Positions 1 through 9,981 of a DNA stretch of 64,000 nt are shown one piece after another. Every line of letters begins with the position of its first letter. Position 1 is the first letter of the stretch. The translations under genes were made by a program, and so were the position numbers. Source of the stretch: Escherichia coli (GTDB lineage Bacteria; Pseudomonadota; Gammaproteobacteria; Enterobacterales; Enterobacteriaceae); the NCBI RefSeq assembly GCF_016903815.1, contig NZ_CP069972.1. One strand, 5' to 3'. A model generated the notes under the pieces. That model saw only the letters and a program-made list of their open reading frames with translations, made no database searches and had not been told where the DNA came from.

Positions 1-171
1 CTGAACGATGAAAAAAGAAAATGGTTAACTGAATATACAACCAGGCAGAATACAACAATGTCTTTGCGACGCGTCACGTTGAGACCTGGCCTTGCCGAGA
101 ACCTTATTACAGGGCAAATACTACCTGTTAGCTTATTTAATACGTCTTTATTACCCTGGTAAATACCAGAT
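1..171 (+). CDS. 3' end of upstream tra gene, cut by window edge (position suggests traE)
   Basis: Frame open from base 1 for 56 codons to TAA at 169-171; no start in window; directly upstream of traF-like gene. Confidence 0.3.
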
Positions 172-247
172 AGTACCAAAGTAAAAAATTACGGCACATC
201 CGTGTCATAGCGTTGTTTTGTCTAAATTCTGATAAACAGGAAATTAA

Positions 248-1450
248 ATGATGAAGAAAAATCATATTACCCGCACCATCATTGCATCTGCTGTATTATT
301 TTCCTTTAACGCTGCAGCAGCGACGTCATATTTTGAAGCGCGTAACGATGCAATGGGTGGCACCGGGGTAGCATCTTCCCATTATGGTGTGGCACCTCTG
401 GCAAACCCGGCTTTACTGACAAAGCACAACAGCAATGATGATTTCAGCCTTCTTCTGCCGTCTGTTGGGGCACAAGTTGCTGATCCTGATGATGTATCAA
501 ATAAAGCTGATGATGTTAAAGATGACTGGGATTTGTTTGACAGTGCTGTAGATAACCAGCATGGCGTACAACAGGCAGCGGCAAATCTTAAACATCGTCT
601 GCAGGAATTCCGCAATATCAATGCAGATGCTCAGGTAGGTGTATCAGCTGTAGCAGCCATGGCAAATGACACTCTGCCGTTTGCCCTTATGGTCAAGTCT
701 TACGGAACTGTCAGCGTAAACGGAAAAGTAAACGATGCAGACCTGGATTATCTGGACAAAGTTGCCAATGGAACAATTACCGACGTCGATAAGAATGCCC
801 TGACCTCACGCGCATTCGGGCGTGCAGCTGTAATTACCGACGTCGGAATTTCATTTGCCAAAGAACTGGAAACGGCCGGACAAAAATGGTCTCTTGGCGT
901 CACACCAAAATATCAGCGTGTGGACCTGTTTAACTACAACGTAACGGTTCGTGATTACGACAAAGACGATTTTGACGGTGACAAGTACCACAACACGAAA
1001 AACGGATTCAACGCCGATATTGGTGCTTATACAGACCTGAATGACAACTGGACTGTCGGTCTTGTTGCCCAGAACATCATTCCACGCAGTATTGATACTA
1101 AAGTCGTCAATGGCTTTAAAGAAACCTTCAAAGTTCGTCCACAGGCAACCGCCGGTGTATCCTGGCATAATGACCTGTTTACCACTGCTCTTGACGTTGA
1201 TCTGACTCCTGCCAGTGGCTTCACTTCTGACAGCAAACGTCAGTTTGCAAGTGTTGGTGCTGAATTTAACGCATGGAAATGGGCGCAATTGCGTGCCGGT
1301 TATCGTCAGAACATGGCATCAAACTCCGGAAGCGCCTTCACCGCTGGCGTTGGTATCTCTCCATTTGACGTCGTACATATCGATGTTTCCGGCCTGGTAG
1401 GAACTGACCACGATTACGGTGCAATGGCACAACTTCAGTTCACTTTCTGA
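248..1450 (+). CDS. traF: TraF-like secreted/outer-membrane T4BSS protein (400 aa)
   Basis: AGGA before ATG; N-terminal signal peptide (MMKKNHITRTIIASAVLFSFNAAAA); C-terminus ...AQLQFTF ends in aromatic residue as in OM beta-barrels; symbol by position in IncI1 tra operon. Confidence 0.6.
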   Translation: MMKKNHITRTIIASAVLFSFNAAAATSYFEARNDAMGGTGVASSHYGVAPLANPALLTKHNSNDDFSLLLPSVGAQVADPDDVSNKADDVKDDWDLFDSAVDNQHGVQQAAANLKHRLQEFRNINADAQVGVSAVAAMANDTLPFALMVKSYGTVSVNGKVNDADLDYLDKVANGTITDVDKNALTSRAFGRAAVITDVGISFAKELETAGQKWSLGVTPKYQRVDLFNYNVTVRDYDKDDFDGDKYHNTKNGFNADIGAYTDLNDNWTVGLVAQNIIPRSIDTKVVNGFKETFKVRPQATAGVSWHNDLFTTALDVDLTPASGFTSDSKRQFASVGAEFNAWKWAQLRAGYRQNMASNSGSAFTAGVGISPFDVVHIDVSGLVGTDHDYGAMAQLQFTF

Positions 1451-1509
1451 TTACAGTCCCCGCCCCCGGCACTAAACCCGGGGGTATTTTTATATTCAGT
1501 TTAAATAAC

Positions 1510-2094
1510 ATGATGAAACCACGTTCTTCTTATTCAAAGACAGCATTCATTCTTTTATTTTCTGTTTTCCTGGTAGCTGCAGTGACAAAAGCAAAAAGCT
1601 CGCTTCCCGATATCACCCTGGAACAGGCAAAAGAAATTAATGCTGATAACACCGTTATTTTCCTTTTCCGCCATGGAGAACGTTGCGACCGTTCAGATAT
1701 GCCCTGCTATTCGGATAAGAGCGGAATCACTATTACCGGTACAGAGAAAGCACAGCAGGAAGGTATTAAGTTCGCAACAATCTTCAGTGAATATGATATT
1801 TACTCCAGCAATGCGGTAAGAACCATACAAACTGCAAAATTCTTCTCCGGTAAAGAACCCGTCGTTATGGACAGTTTATCAGACTGCAATAATGATCTTT
1901 ATAAGACGCTTGAATCAATCGCAAGAGAATCTCATAAAAGGAACATAGTAATAATGACACATAATCATTGTTTATCATTTCTGGCCAGAGATAGGCTCGG
2001 CAAGAAATTCAAACCGGCGTACCTTGATGCCCTGATCATGCATTACGATGGTACCCGGCTCATACTTGACGGAAAATACAACAAAGAGGCATAG
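1510..2094 (+). CDS. traG: TraG-like exported protein with histidine-phosphatase-like RHGE motif (194 aa)
   Basis: Signal-peptide-like N-terminus; FLFRHGERCDR motif; symbol by operon position. Confidence 0.5.
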   Translation: MMKPRSSYSKTAFILLFSVFLVAAVTKAKSSLPDITLEQAKEINADNTVIFLFRHGERCDRSDMPCYSDKSGITITGTEKAQQEGIKFATIFSEYDIYSSNAVRTIQTAKFFSGKEPVVMDSLSDCNNDLYKTLESIARESHKRNIVIMTHNHCLSFLARDRLGKKFKPAYLDALIMHYDGTRLILDGKYNKEA

Positions 2095-2487
2095 AGATAT
2101 TTGAATTTACATAAATTCTGATATACTCAGTAAGATACAAGAGTGTACGGGCACATGTGCCTGTCTGAATTGCAGGTTATCCGGACGAGGGCCGGGAACT
2201 GTTTCAGGGACAAGCGCCGGTACGTTCGATTCATAAATCGTCGAGTCATCCATCATGGATCGATTCGGCGCGGAGCGTTAAAGATTACGCTCACATTCAT
2301 ATTATGTCTGACGACCAATCAACCAGCCAGTATCAGGAATAATCACCTTCAGTAAACTATGAGGCTATTTACCTGGCCGCACTGGCATTTATTTCCGGTA
2401 ACGCAAGTATAGCCGGAAACAAACATCATCCTGTCTGTACCGGAGCACCGGTATATCCCATTCTGATTTAACTGCTCAGGAATTATT

Positions 2488-2946
2488 ATGAACCGTATTA
2501 TACCTGCGGGGTGTCTTGCCGCCCTTTTTCTGGCTGGCTGCAACTCCCCTTCTCAGCATACTCCTGTTCCGCGTAACTACGGTGCTGCCTCTGATGTGGC
2601 GGTTACCCGGCACACTCAGTACACATTATGGGACAAAGGTGTGTTTTCCGGCCAACTTCCGGTTTCAACGGGGTCTCATCTTCTGACAGCTAACAGCGAT
2701 CGCCTTTCCTTTGACTGGGAAGGTGATGCGATTGAATTACTGAACGAACTGGCCAGAGTCAGGGGGATGCAGTTTAACTACAATGGTGTCCGCCTGCCGT
2801 TACCAGTCAACCTTCACGTCCGGGATATGACGTTTTCCAATACGTTGAGACTTATTGAAGCCCAGACAGCCTGGAGAGCAACAATCCATCAATATCCGGG
2901 CTTGTTACAGGTCAGCTTCATGCAGCCGGAGAACCGGAAAAAATGA
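2488..2946 (+). CDS. traH: TraH-like lipoprotein (152 aa)
   Basis: Lipobox LFLAGC near N-terminus; stop overlaps next start (ATGA); operon position. Confidence 0.6.
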   Translation: MNRIIPAGCLAALFLAGCNSPSQHTPVPRNYGAASDVAVTRHTQYTLWDKGVFSGQLPVSTGSHLLTANSDRLSFDWEGDAIELLNELARVRGMQFNYNGVRLPLPVNLHVRDMTFSNTLRLIEAQTAWRATIHQYPGLLQVSFMQPENRKK

Positions 2947-3761
2947 AAGCACTCACCTCTCTCCTTTTGCCAGTAATACTGCTTACTGGTTGTTCTTCTT
3001 CCCCTACCATCTCGCCAGGTGGTGTCAATACGCCACCACCTGACATTAATGCATGGCTTAAACCACGAAGTGAAAAGCCGGATAGTCTGTCAGAAACACG
3101 CTGGAAAATGCTGACAGACGCAGGTAAAACGCTTGGATTTCGTGGTGGCAAGGCTCAGCGTTCATGGGAGCTGATTCAGGCGCTCAACGCCCGGGAAAGC
3201 ACACTTAATGCCTTATACGATTTCCGGCCACTGATTAGCCCGGAAGGCTGGCTACCACCGGTTATTGATGAAGCACAGGACGTAGCTCATATCACGCCAG
3301 ATCAAATCCGGACCTCTTCCCGGGTCTGGACCATCATTCGCCCTGAACGCTTTGTCAGCAATCCACCGGGCTGGCGTGACTGGCTTCTCCGGGGGCTTTC
3401 AACAACAGCCACTCCGGGTACAGAAGGCAGCGTCGTTCCAGAAGACAGCGTGCAACGAAAAGTGTGGGAAACCGCATTACGGCAGGGATGGCAGGAAGGA
3501 AGACAAAACGCCGACCTGACGCTTGAAGCCAACCAGAAAACCCTCACCCGTGATTACCGGGGCATGATGCTGTACTCACTTCTCTGGCGTCAGGGCATGA
3601 TCACCCGTCCGGATGTTTCTGATCAAATGCAAACCGTTACAGGTGACGGGAAAAAACTGGTCACTGGAGATCGTGTTCGTCGCCTTAAAAATCATGCGGA
3701 ATTCAATCTTCAGAAATCTCACTGGCGTCCGCTTATAGGCACTGAAGGAGGCTCCCGATGA
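2943..3761 (+). CDS. traI: TraI-like lipoprotein (272 aa), Dot/Icm-type
   Basis: Lipobox ILLTGC; translationally coupled to traH and traJ; operon position. Confidence 0.6.
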   Translation: MKALTSLLLPVILLTGCSSSPTISPGGVNTPPPDINAWLKPRSEKPDSLSETRWKMLTDAGKTLGFRGGKAQRSWELIQALNARESTLNALYDFRPLISPEGWLPPVIDEAQDVAHITPDQIRTSSRVWTIIRPERFVSNPPGWRDWLLRGLSTTATPGTEGSVVPEDSVQRKVWETALRQGWQEGRQNADLTLEANQKTLTRDYRGMMLYSLLWRQGMITRPDVSDQMQTVTGDGKKLVTGDRVRRLKNHAEFNLQKSHWRPLIGTEGGSR

Positions 3762-4906
3762 ATATTCCTGATGAGTTTGGTCTTTTTCCGTTTCAGCGTT
3801 TCACTGCAGATGAACTACGGCATTTCTTTGTCTGGTGTGCCTCACATAAAGTCAGTGATGTGGATCTGACCGGCGGGTCACCTGTATCTGTCAGTCGCTT
3901 TGGCCGACGGGTGCGTTGTTCCAGTGCAACGTTACCAACCACACTCATGTCCTCCCTGATTGATGAACTGTTCGGTCGGGAAGTCATTCCCCGCGTTCTG
4001 GCAGGCAATCCGGTTGACAGGACGATACAGATTAACGGGGATGCATCCGGGCGCTATGGTCTTAAACGCGGAGAACGCATCCGGTTACGCTCTCACCTCA
4101 TTCAGGGCACATCTGGTGCGGAGGAGAAAGCAATCTCAATAACCATGCGTGTCATCCCGACAGAAATACCGGACATTCTCTCCATGAACATTGAACCAGA
4201 CCTGCTTGAAGCAATGGTCTGCAAAAGCGGTCTGGGATTTGTATGTGGTGAAACCGGGTCAGGAAAATCAACGCTGTGTTCAGCACTGTACCGTTACATT
4301 ATGGACAATTTCCCCGACGCCAAAATCGTGACATATGAAGACCCGGTGGAATATATCCTGGGAAATGAAAACGATCTGCTCCCACCGCATCAGGCAGAAA
4401 TCGGGCGTGATGTGGTCAGTTTTGCTGCCGGACTGCGTTCTGCTGTACGACGTAATCCCGAAATTATCGGTGTTGGTGAGATCAGGGATAACGAAACCGC
4501 CGACGCAGCGGTACAGGCAGGCAACACCGGGCATTACTGCCTGAGCACCATGCATACGAAATCTCCTGGTGAAACGCTGGCACGTCTTCTTGGGCTGTTT
4601 CCCCCTGTCATCAGGGATTCGATGGCCTGGGCTGTCCTGTCACTGTTGCAGTTCATTCTGGTTCAGGTTCTGGTCAGAACAAATGACGGTGGTCGTAAAG
4701 CCGTCCGGGAATATATCGTCATTAACGATGAGCTTCGCGACAATCTTTCCGGAATGCCGCATGCAGAGTGGGGGCATCACATTGATGCCATAATCCGGCA
4801 GGAGAAGCGCCGTATCCGGGACCAGATTCTGGAAATGTATATCCGGAATGAAGTTGACCGAAGAGAAGCGATTCTTTTTATCCCGCCAGGGGAGTTACGG
4901 TCATGA
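3758..4906 (+). CDS. traJ: TraJ, VirB11/DotB/PilT-like secretion ATPase (382 aa)
   Basis: AGGAGG RBS; Walker A GETGSGKST; size and position match IncI1 TraJ as I recall it. Confidence 0.85.
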   Translation: MNIPDEFGLFPFQRFTADELRHFFVWCASHKVSDVDLTGGSPVSVSRFGRRVRCSSATLPTTLMSSLIDELFGREVIPRVLAGNPVDRTIQINGDASGRYGLKRGERIRLRSHLIQGTSGAEEKAISITMRVIPTEIPDILSMNIEPDLLEAMVCKSGLGFVCGETGSGKSTLCSALYRYIMDNFPDAKIVTYEDPVEYILGNENDLLPPHQAEIGRDVVSFAAGLRSAVRRNPEIIGVGEIRDNETADAAVQAGNTGHYCLSTMHTKSPGETLARLLGLFPPVIRDSMAWAVLSLLQFILVQVLVRTNDGGRKAVREYIVINDELRDNLSGMPHAEWGHHIDAIIRQEKRRIRDQILEMYIRNEVDRREAILFIPPGELRS

Positions 4907-5193
4907 AAAGAGAAGGTTTCTGGCGATATGCAACACCGCCAGTCAACATCCAGGGCGTACCTCTGCCGTTCACCATGATTTATCTGTTTATATGCCCCTT
5001 TCCCTCCAAAACAACCTTCTGGATTTGCACCGGCATCATTTTATTTTTCGTTATTCTCGACCGTTCAGGCTGGACTGTCAGGACTATCTGTACACGCATT
5101 TTCAGCATTCTGAGAGGGGCCATCGCCTCCGGTCGTCCATGGTGGTATCGCCACCATACGGAATCACCACGAGACTGGACTGGCCTCGATTAA
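4903..5193 (+). CDS. traK: TraK-like small membrane protein (96 aa)
   Basis: GGGAG RBS; start overlaps traJ stop; two hydrophobic segments; operon position. Confidence 0.55.
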   Translation: MKREGFWRYATPPVNIQGVPLPFTMIYLFICPFPSKTTFWICTGIILFFVILDRSGWTVRTICTRIFSILRGAIASGRPWWYRHHTESPRDWTGLD

Positions 5194-5207
5194 ATTCTGG
5201 AGTCTTT

Positions 5208-5759
5208 ATGTCAGGTAAAAAAACTATCGTTACTCTGCTCCGGGTATCGCTACTGGCATGCCCGTTACTGTTCACGACACCATCGTTTGCAATGATCGAC
5301 ACGCCATCCGTGAAGGTCGGCTTTTCTCCTGAAGGAAGCGCATCCGCTCTGGTGCTTGACACAATCAACAGTGCGGAAAGCTCCATCAGGATGATGGCAT
5401 ATTCCTTCACCGACCCGGATGTAATGCATGCGCTGGCAAAAGCGAAAAAACGCGGAGTGGACGTCCGTATTGTTGTTGATGACAAGGGGAATACGAACCG
5501 GGCAAGTCAGGAAGCGATGAAATATATCAACCTGCTGGACATTCCTCTCCGGACTGTAGATGCCTTCCCCATCCATCACGACAAAGTCATCATTGTTGAC
5601 GGAAACACGGTTGAAACTGGCTCCTATAACTTCTCTCGTGCTGCTGCACGCAAGAATTCAGAGAATGTCGTTGTGCTCAAGAATATGCCGGATGTAGCCG
5701 CACAATATCTTGAACACTGGCAGGATCGCTGGAATAAGGGTACAGACTGGAAACCCTGA
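5208..5759 (+). CDS. nuc: Phospholipase-D-family (HKD) endonuclease, Nuc-like, secreted (183 aa)
   Basis: ATG 5208 in frame with track ORF 4848..5759; signal peptide; HKD motif HHDKVIIVDGNTVETGSYNFS; resembles plasmid Nuc (pKM101-type). Confidence 0.85.
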   Translation: MSGKKTIVTLLRVSLLACPLLFTTPSFAMIDTPSVKVGFSPEGSASALVLDTINSAESSIRMMAYSFTDPDVMHALAKAKKRGVDVRIVVDDKGNTNRASQEAMKYINLLDIPLRTVDAFPIHHDKVIIVDGNTVETGSYNFSRAAARKNSENVVVLKNMPDVAAQYLEHWQDRWNKGTDWKP

Positions 5760-5789
5760 CAAACATTTCTCCCCCGATTTTCTATCCCC

Positions 5790-5822
5790 CCAGCCACCCC
5801 CGGCTTCCGGCGGTGGTTTTTT
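5790..5822 (+). terminator. Rho-independent terminator-like hairpin after nuc
   Basis: CCACCCCCGG/CCGGCGGTGG imperfect inverted repeat followed by T7 run. Confidence 0.45.
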
Positions 5823-5848
5823 TCCGTCTTTTTTCAGGAGAAGCACTC

Positions 5849-8800
5849 ATGCCGTCTGTATCCCGCTACCGCACCTGGCTTGCCGTGCCTGCAGATGAAA
5901 TAGAAGATCTCAAAAAAGCACATCCCCCGATGAACGGGCACACGCCCGTCATCTGGGACAAGGAGCACAAACTCTGGTTCGCCCGCCCGGGGGCGGACCT
6001 GTCCAGGCTGGACCGCTGGCTGCCCCGGCCACAGGACGTCTCCATGAACGGCAGTGATCCGGTCACCGAGTTTGCCCAGGTTCTGGAGAATGCCGGACTG
6101 GTTCTGAAAGAACTGCCGGTCATGGACGGGAAAATCCACCGTGTCCCGACCGCCGATGACAAAAAAGGACAAAAAAGTGGCGCATATCGCGGATTCCTGG
6201 ACGGCAGACCTGCCGGCTGGTACAGGGATTATCGCAGCGCGGATGATTCGCCGATCACCTGGACCTTCTCCGGCGGAGAACAGACAGATCCCCGCGCAAG
6301 ACTCCACCTGAAAGCGCATTCAATGCAACGCAGGGAGGACGCGGAGCGGGAACTGAAAGCACAGTACAACCGACAGGCCGCGTATGCCCGCCGCTATGTC
6401 AACAAATGGCCGCAGGCCACAGCACATGAATACCTGACCCGGAAAGGCATTCAGGCTGCACCGGGGGTGCGGGTAAACAACAAAAATGAACTGGTTATTC
6501 CCTTCAGTAACCGTAACGGCGCGATACGCTCTTACCAGCGTATTCCGGTCACCGGGGGGAAGGATGCCCGCATCCTGAAAGATTCAGAGAAAACCGGTAA
6601 CTGGTTTGCGCTGGGCACACCGCGCAACGGTCAGCCGGTACTGTTTGCCGAGGGCTATGCCACTGCGGCCTCCCTGCACGAAGCCACGGGCCTTCCGGTA
6701 CTGATGACGGTGGATGGAGGCAACATGATTGCCGTTGCCGAAAATGCCCGGCAAAAGTGGACGCAAAGCCCCTTTATCTTCTGTGCCGACAACGATCATG
6801 CAATCCGGGTTAACAAAGGTATCGTCAGTGCAACAAAAGCCGCAGAACTGACAGGAGGAACGGTCATCTTTCCTGCGTTCACCGATGCCGAAAAAGCGCA
6901 GGGGCTGACCGATTTCAATGACCTGGACGCAAGCCGGGGACGGGCCGCTTTTCAGCATGTCATCAACGCCCAGTTAGAACACATCGGGGTTTCCACCCCC
7001 AACAGTAACACCCCGGAAATCCGCGAGGCACTGGTGATCGGCAACCTCGTTTTTACACCGGTCCACACTGAGGAAAAAACCATGACTCCGACAGAATATC
7101 CTGAAACATCACCCGATACAGGGCACAGCCATGACCAGGGACCTTCTCTGCCGTCCGCCACGCAGCAGGAACAACCAGCTGCTTCCAGCAGTAACATTGC
7201 TGATGAAACACAGTCATTTACCAGTCACGCCACTGAAAATAACGGCAAAGATGAGCGGCACGCTGATAACGTTCAGGCGCAAACGGAAAGCTCTGTAGTT
7301 CAGGACTCCCCTGCAGAATCACCGGCGTCCCCGGAAAGTACAACGGCATCTGCCCCTGATGAACCCGCTCATCCGGCGGAACCTCCGGAAAAAGTTGTCT
7401 CGGTGGCCACAGATAAAGACTGGCGTGAATTTGAAGCCGAACTGTCACAACCGGAAAAAAACGAGTCACAACAGGAATCCGGCACTTCACCTGAAATACC
7501 GGCCCCTGCTGCCGCCCCCGCATCCCCTGAAGACAGTCCCTCATCTGAAACCATGAATGAATCAGCCGAGCCATCACCTTCCCCTGATGCAGTCAAAGAG
7601 GAAATGACCGTGATGACGGAGCCTGATGACAAACAAAGCACCGGAATATCCCCGGATACTCCCCGGGAAGAGGCGGTCAACCATGTAACTGAAGACATTC
7701 CCCTTCAGCCAGAGCCGTTCCTTCCTGAGTCAGATGGCCCCGAAGAATACGAAAACTACAGCGCATATCAGGAGCTGATGAACAATGAAAATCCTGAGCA
7801 TCTGCAGGAAAACAGTGATATGCCGTCGCAACCGGACACAGACCACGTTCAGGCAGATGAGTCAGAACTTCAGGCCACAACAGATACTGCAGAACCGGCT
7901 GTCCGGGATGAACCCACTCCACAGCAACCTGTTCAGAGCACATCACCTTCTGATAATACTTCATCGTTTCTCGACAAAGCGCGTGGCTTTTTTACGCGTA
8001 AAAAAACGGATTCACAGGCACATGAGAACAGTGATCCCACGCCCTCAGCGGAAACCACGACGACTCCACCGATACCTGACAGTATTGTCTACGCCCCGGA
8101 ACGTTCTGATGCACCGATATCGCTCAACATGGACGAAATTCTTAAAGAGCTTGACTGGGAAAAACGAGCAGACAGAACCGTCCTGTACAAACTGGATGGC
8201 AAACCTGCCTTCATTGACCGGGTAAACCGGCTGGAAATGGTCAACGGTGCCAGCAATGACGATCGCAGCGTTCTGGCCGCACTTGCTGTGGCCACCAAAT
8301 TTTATGGGGGCGTCATAGAGCTGACGGGCAGTGATGCCTTTAAGCAAAAAGCAATGCAGTTGATTATCGAGCACAACATCGATGTCCGGATGAAATTGCC
8401 AGATCAACGGGCTGAACTAGAAAAATTACGCAAGGAAATGGCTGTCAGTAAGGATGCAGTTGTCACCCATCAGCCAACACCGGAACTTAACCGGAATACC
8501 CCAGAACAACCGGCTGTCCCTGACCCCGTTCAGGAAAAAGAAGCCACACAATCCCCGGCGTCCCCTGTTGCCCCTGAAGCATCAACCGTCAGCACCGCCT
8601 CTGCACCATCACCGGCTGAACCAGGCAAAACGGCAGATGTGGCACCAGACGAAGAACCACCAGGAAAACTTCGCCCGGGAGAGAGCGTGACTGCCGTACT
8701 GCACAATTTTGGTCGTGCTGAATATGCACCCGGCAAAGGAGAGAGTTTCTTTGTTGAGCTTAAAAACCGCAGTGGCAGCAAACTCTACTGGGGGGAACAA

Positions 8801-9616
8801 CTGGAAAGTCTGGTCAAAAACCATCAGAAAGGTGACGTGGTGACACTGACACTTCAGAACCGCGAACAATTCATCCTCCCGGGAGAGCAAAAAGCACGTT
8901 TCCGGAATAAGTGGTCCATGGAGTCAGTTACCAACGGGATCTCGGTATCACATGATAATCCGGATAAAGGTCAGCGTATTCAGGCGATTCCGGTCGAAAC
9001 CTTTATGAAAGTGGCTGCGCAAATCAGCCAGGGGTGGCCCGAAGAGATGAAAGCGTTACGTATGCCAGAAAACGTCGGCTCACATCTGTTTATCGGTGAA
9101 GACCGACATCCGGTCTCCGCGCCACAGAACGCAAATCAGGTAACAGAAATAACCAGCGCAGCCCCTGACAAGCTGACACCTGTTCTGGGATCAGTGGATA
9201 AGGATACGCGTGAACTCAACCTGCTACTTGTCCAGAGTGCCGATGAACATCTGCAGGGTGTGGTCCGGCTGAACGGCACATTGTATCCGGCACTGGCCAC
9301 CCCATCAGCCGACAACAGTCAGCTGGTTATCAATGCGCTGACCGACAAAGGTTTACGCTTTGCAGGTTATGGTGAAGCGGTAAACCACGATGCTGACAGC
9401 ACGAATCGCCCCGCACCGGAGCTTATGCAGTTTCATCTGAAAACCCGGGAAGAACCGCTTTTTGCTGCTGTCTACACGCCGGAAAAACAACCTGATGCGT
9501 TGTACCGGAACCTGGGCTTCGAGCAGTCATGGCAGCAGTGGTCCAACAGCCAAAAGCCGGAGGACAGGCAGGAAAAAACTCTGCATCAGGATCTCTCCCA
9601 CAGCCCCGGCCGATGA
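5849..9616 (+). CDS. sogL: SogL-type conjugative DNA primase (1255 aa) with TOPRIM domain and long acidic P/E/S/T-rich linker
   Basis: AGGAG RBS before ATG 5849 (13 codons inside track ORF); TOPRIM motifs LFAEGY...CADNDH; 1255 aa equals recalled SogL length; low-complexity middle third. Confidence 0.85.
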   Translation: MPSVSRYRTWLAVPADEIEDLKKAHPPMNGHTPVIWDKEHKLWFARPGADLSRLDRWLPRPQDVSMNGSDPVTEFAQVLENAGLVLKELPVMDGKIHRVPTADDKKGQKSGAYRGFLDGRPAGWYRDYRSADDSPITWTFSGGEQTDPRARLHLKAHSMQRREDAERELKAQYNRQAAYARRYVNKWPQATAHEYLTRKGIQAAPGVRVNNKNELVIPFSNRNGAIRSYQRIPVTGGKDARILKDSEKTGNWFALGTPRNGQPVLFAEGYATAASLHEATGLPVLMTVDGGNMIAVAENARQKWTQSPFIFCADNDHAIRVNKGIVSATKAAELTGGTVIFPAFTDAEKAQGLTDFNDLDASRGRAAFQHVINAQLEHIGVSTPNSNTPEIREALVIGNLVFTPVHTEEKTMTPTEYPETSPDTGHSHDQGPSLPSATQQEQPAASSSNIADETQSFTSHATENNGKDERHADNVQAQTESSVVQDSPAESPASPESTTASAPDEPAHPAEPPEKVVSVATDKDWREFEAELSQPEKNESQQESGTSPEIPAPAAAPASPEDSPSSETMNESAEPSPSPDAVKEEMTVMTEPDDKQSTGISPDTPREEAVNHVTEDIPLQPEPFLPESDGPEEYENYSAYQELMNNENPEHLQENSDMPSQPDTDHVQADESELQATTDTAEPAVRDEPTPQQPVQSTSPSDNTSSFLDKARGFFTRKKTDSQAHENSDPTPSAETTTTPPIPDSIVYAPERSDAPISLNMDEILKELDWEKRADRTVLYKLDGKPAFIDRVNRLEMVNGASNDDRSVLAALAVATKFYGGVIELTGSDAFKQKAMQLIIEHNIDVRMKLPDQRAELEKLRKEMAVSKDAVVTHQPTPELNRNTPEQPAVPDPVQEKEATQSPASPVAPEASTVSTASAPSPAEPGKTADVAPDEEPPGKLRPGESVTAVLHNFGRAEYAPGKGESFFVELKNRSGSKLYWGEQLESLVKNHQKGDVVTLTLQNREQFILPGEQKARFRNKWSMESVTNGISVSHDNPDKGQRIQAIPVETFMKVAAQISQGWPEEMKALRMPENVGSHLFIGEDRHPVSAPQNANQVTEITSAAPDKLTPVLGSVDKDTRELNLLLVQSADEHLQGVVRLNGTLYPALATPSADNSQLVINALTDKGLRFAGYGEAVNHDADSTNRPAPELMQFHLKTREEPLFAAVYTPEKQPDALYRNLGFEQSWQQWSNSQKPEDRQEKTLHQDLSHSPGR

Positions 9617-9633
9617 GCCGGTAAGGAAGCCAT

Positions 9634-9981
9634 ATGAACATGCATAAGTCTCTGGTTGCCGTGCTCGGCCTTATCCTGATTTCATCCACGGCAAGTGCTG
9701 CAACCTGTCGTGCGGGTAGCGCGGCACAGGCCGGTAGTAATACAGGATATGAGCGAGCACGTGCAGCTGCGGATGCATGGTCACAACGTGAAAACGATGT
9801 TTCCTCATCCCTGCAGTCCTGTCTGTCACGAATCAAAAAAATCAGCATAAACCTCCCCCAGTTCCCCAGCCTTGACGACATTCTGTCGCAGCTGGAAAAC
9901 CAGGTCTGCGACGCGGTCGTGGACAAGGTGAATGAAAAGCTGCCGGGGAATATTGATCCCTGGAAGGACTACAACCTATGA
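9634..9981 (+). CDS. traL: TraL-like exported protein (115 aa)
   Basis: AGGAAG RBS; signal peptide; operon position. Confidence 0.55.
   Translation: MNMHKSLVAVLGLILISSTASAATCRAGSAAQAGSNTGYERARAAADAWSQRENDVSSSLQSCLSRIKKISINLPQFPSLDDILSQLENQVCDAVVDKVNEKLPGNIDPWKDYNL

Noticed and set aside
4848-5759. 303-aa reading of the nuc ORF starting at 4848
   Set aside because: The first ~120 codons overlap traK in another frame with no RBS; ATG 5208 gives a signal peptide directly in front of the PLD domain.
5834-8407. Antisense and alternative-frame ORFs inside sogL (5834..6319, 6584..6958, 7369..7698, 8045..8407 and others)
   Set aside because: Fully embedded in a long, motif-supported gene; no RBSs; typical spurious ORFs of GC-rich coding DNA.
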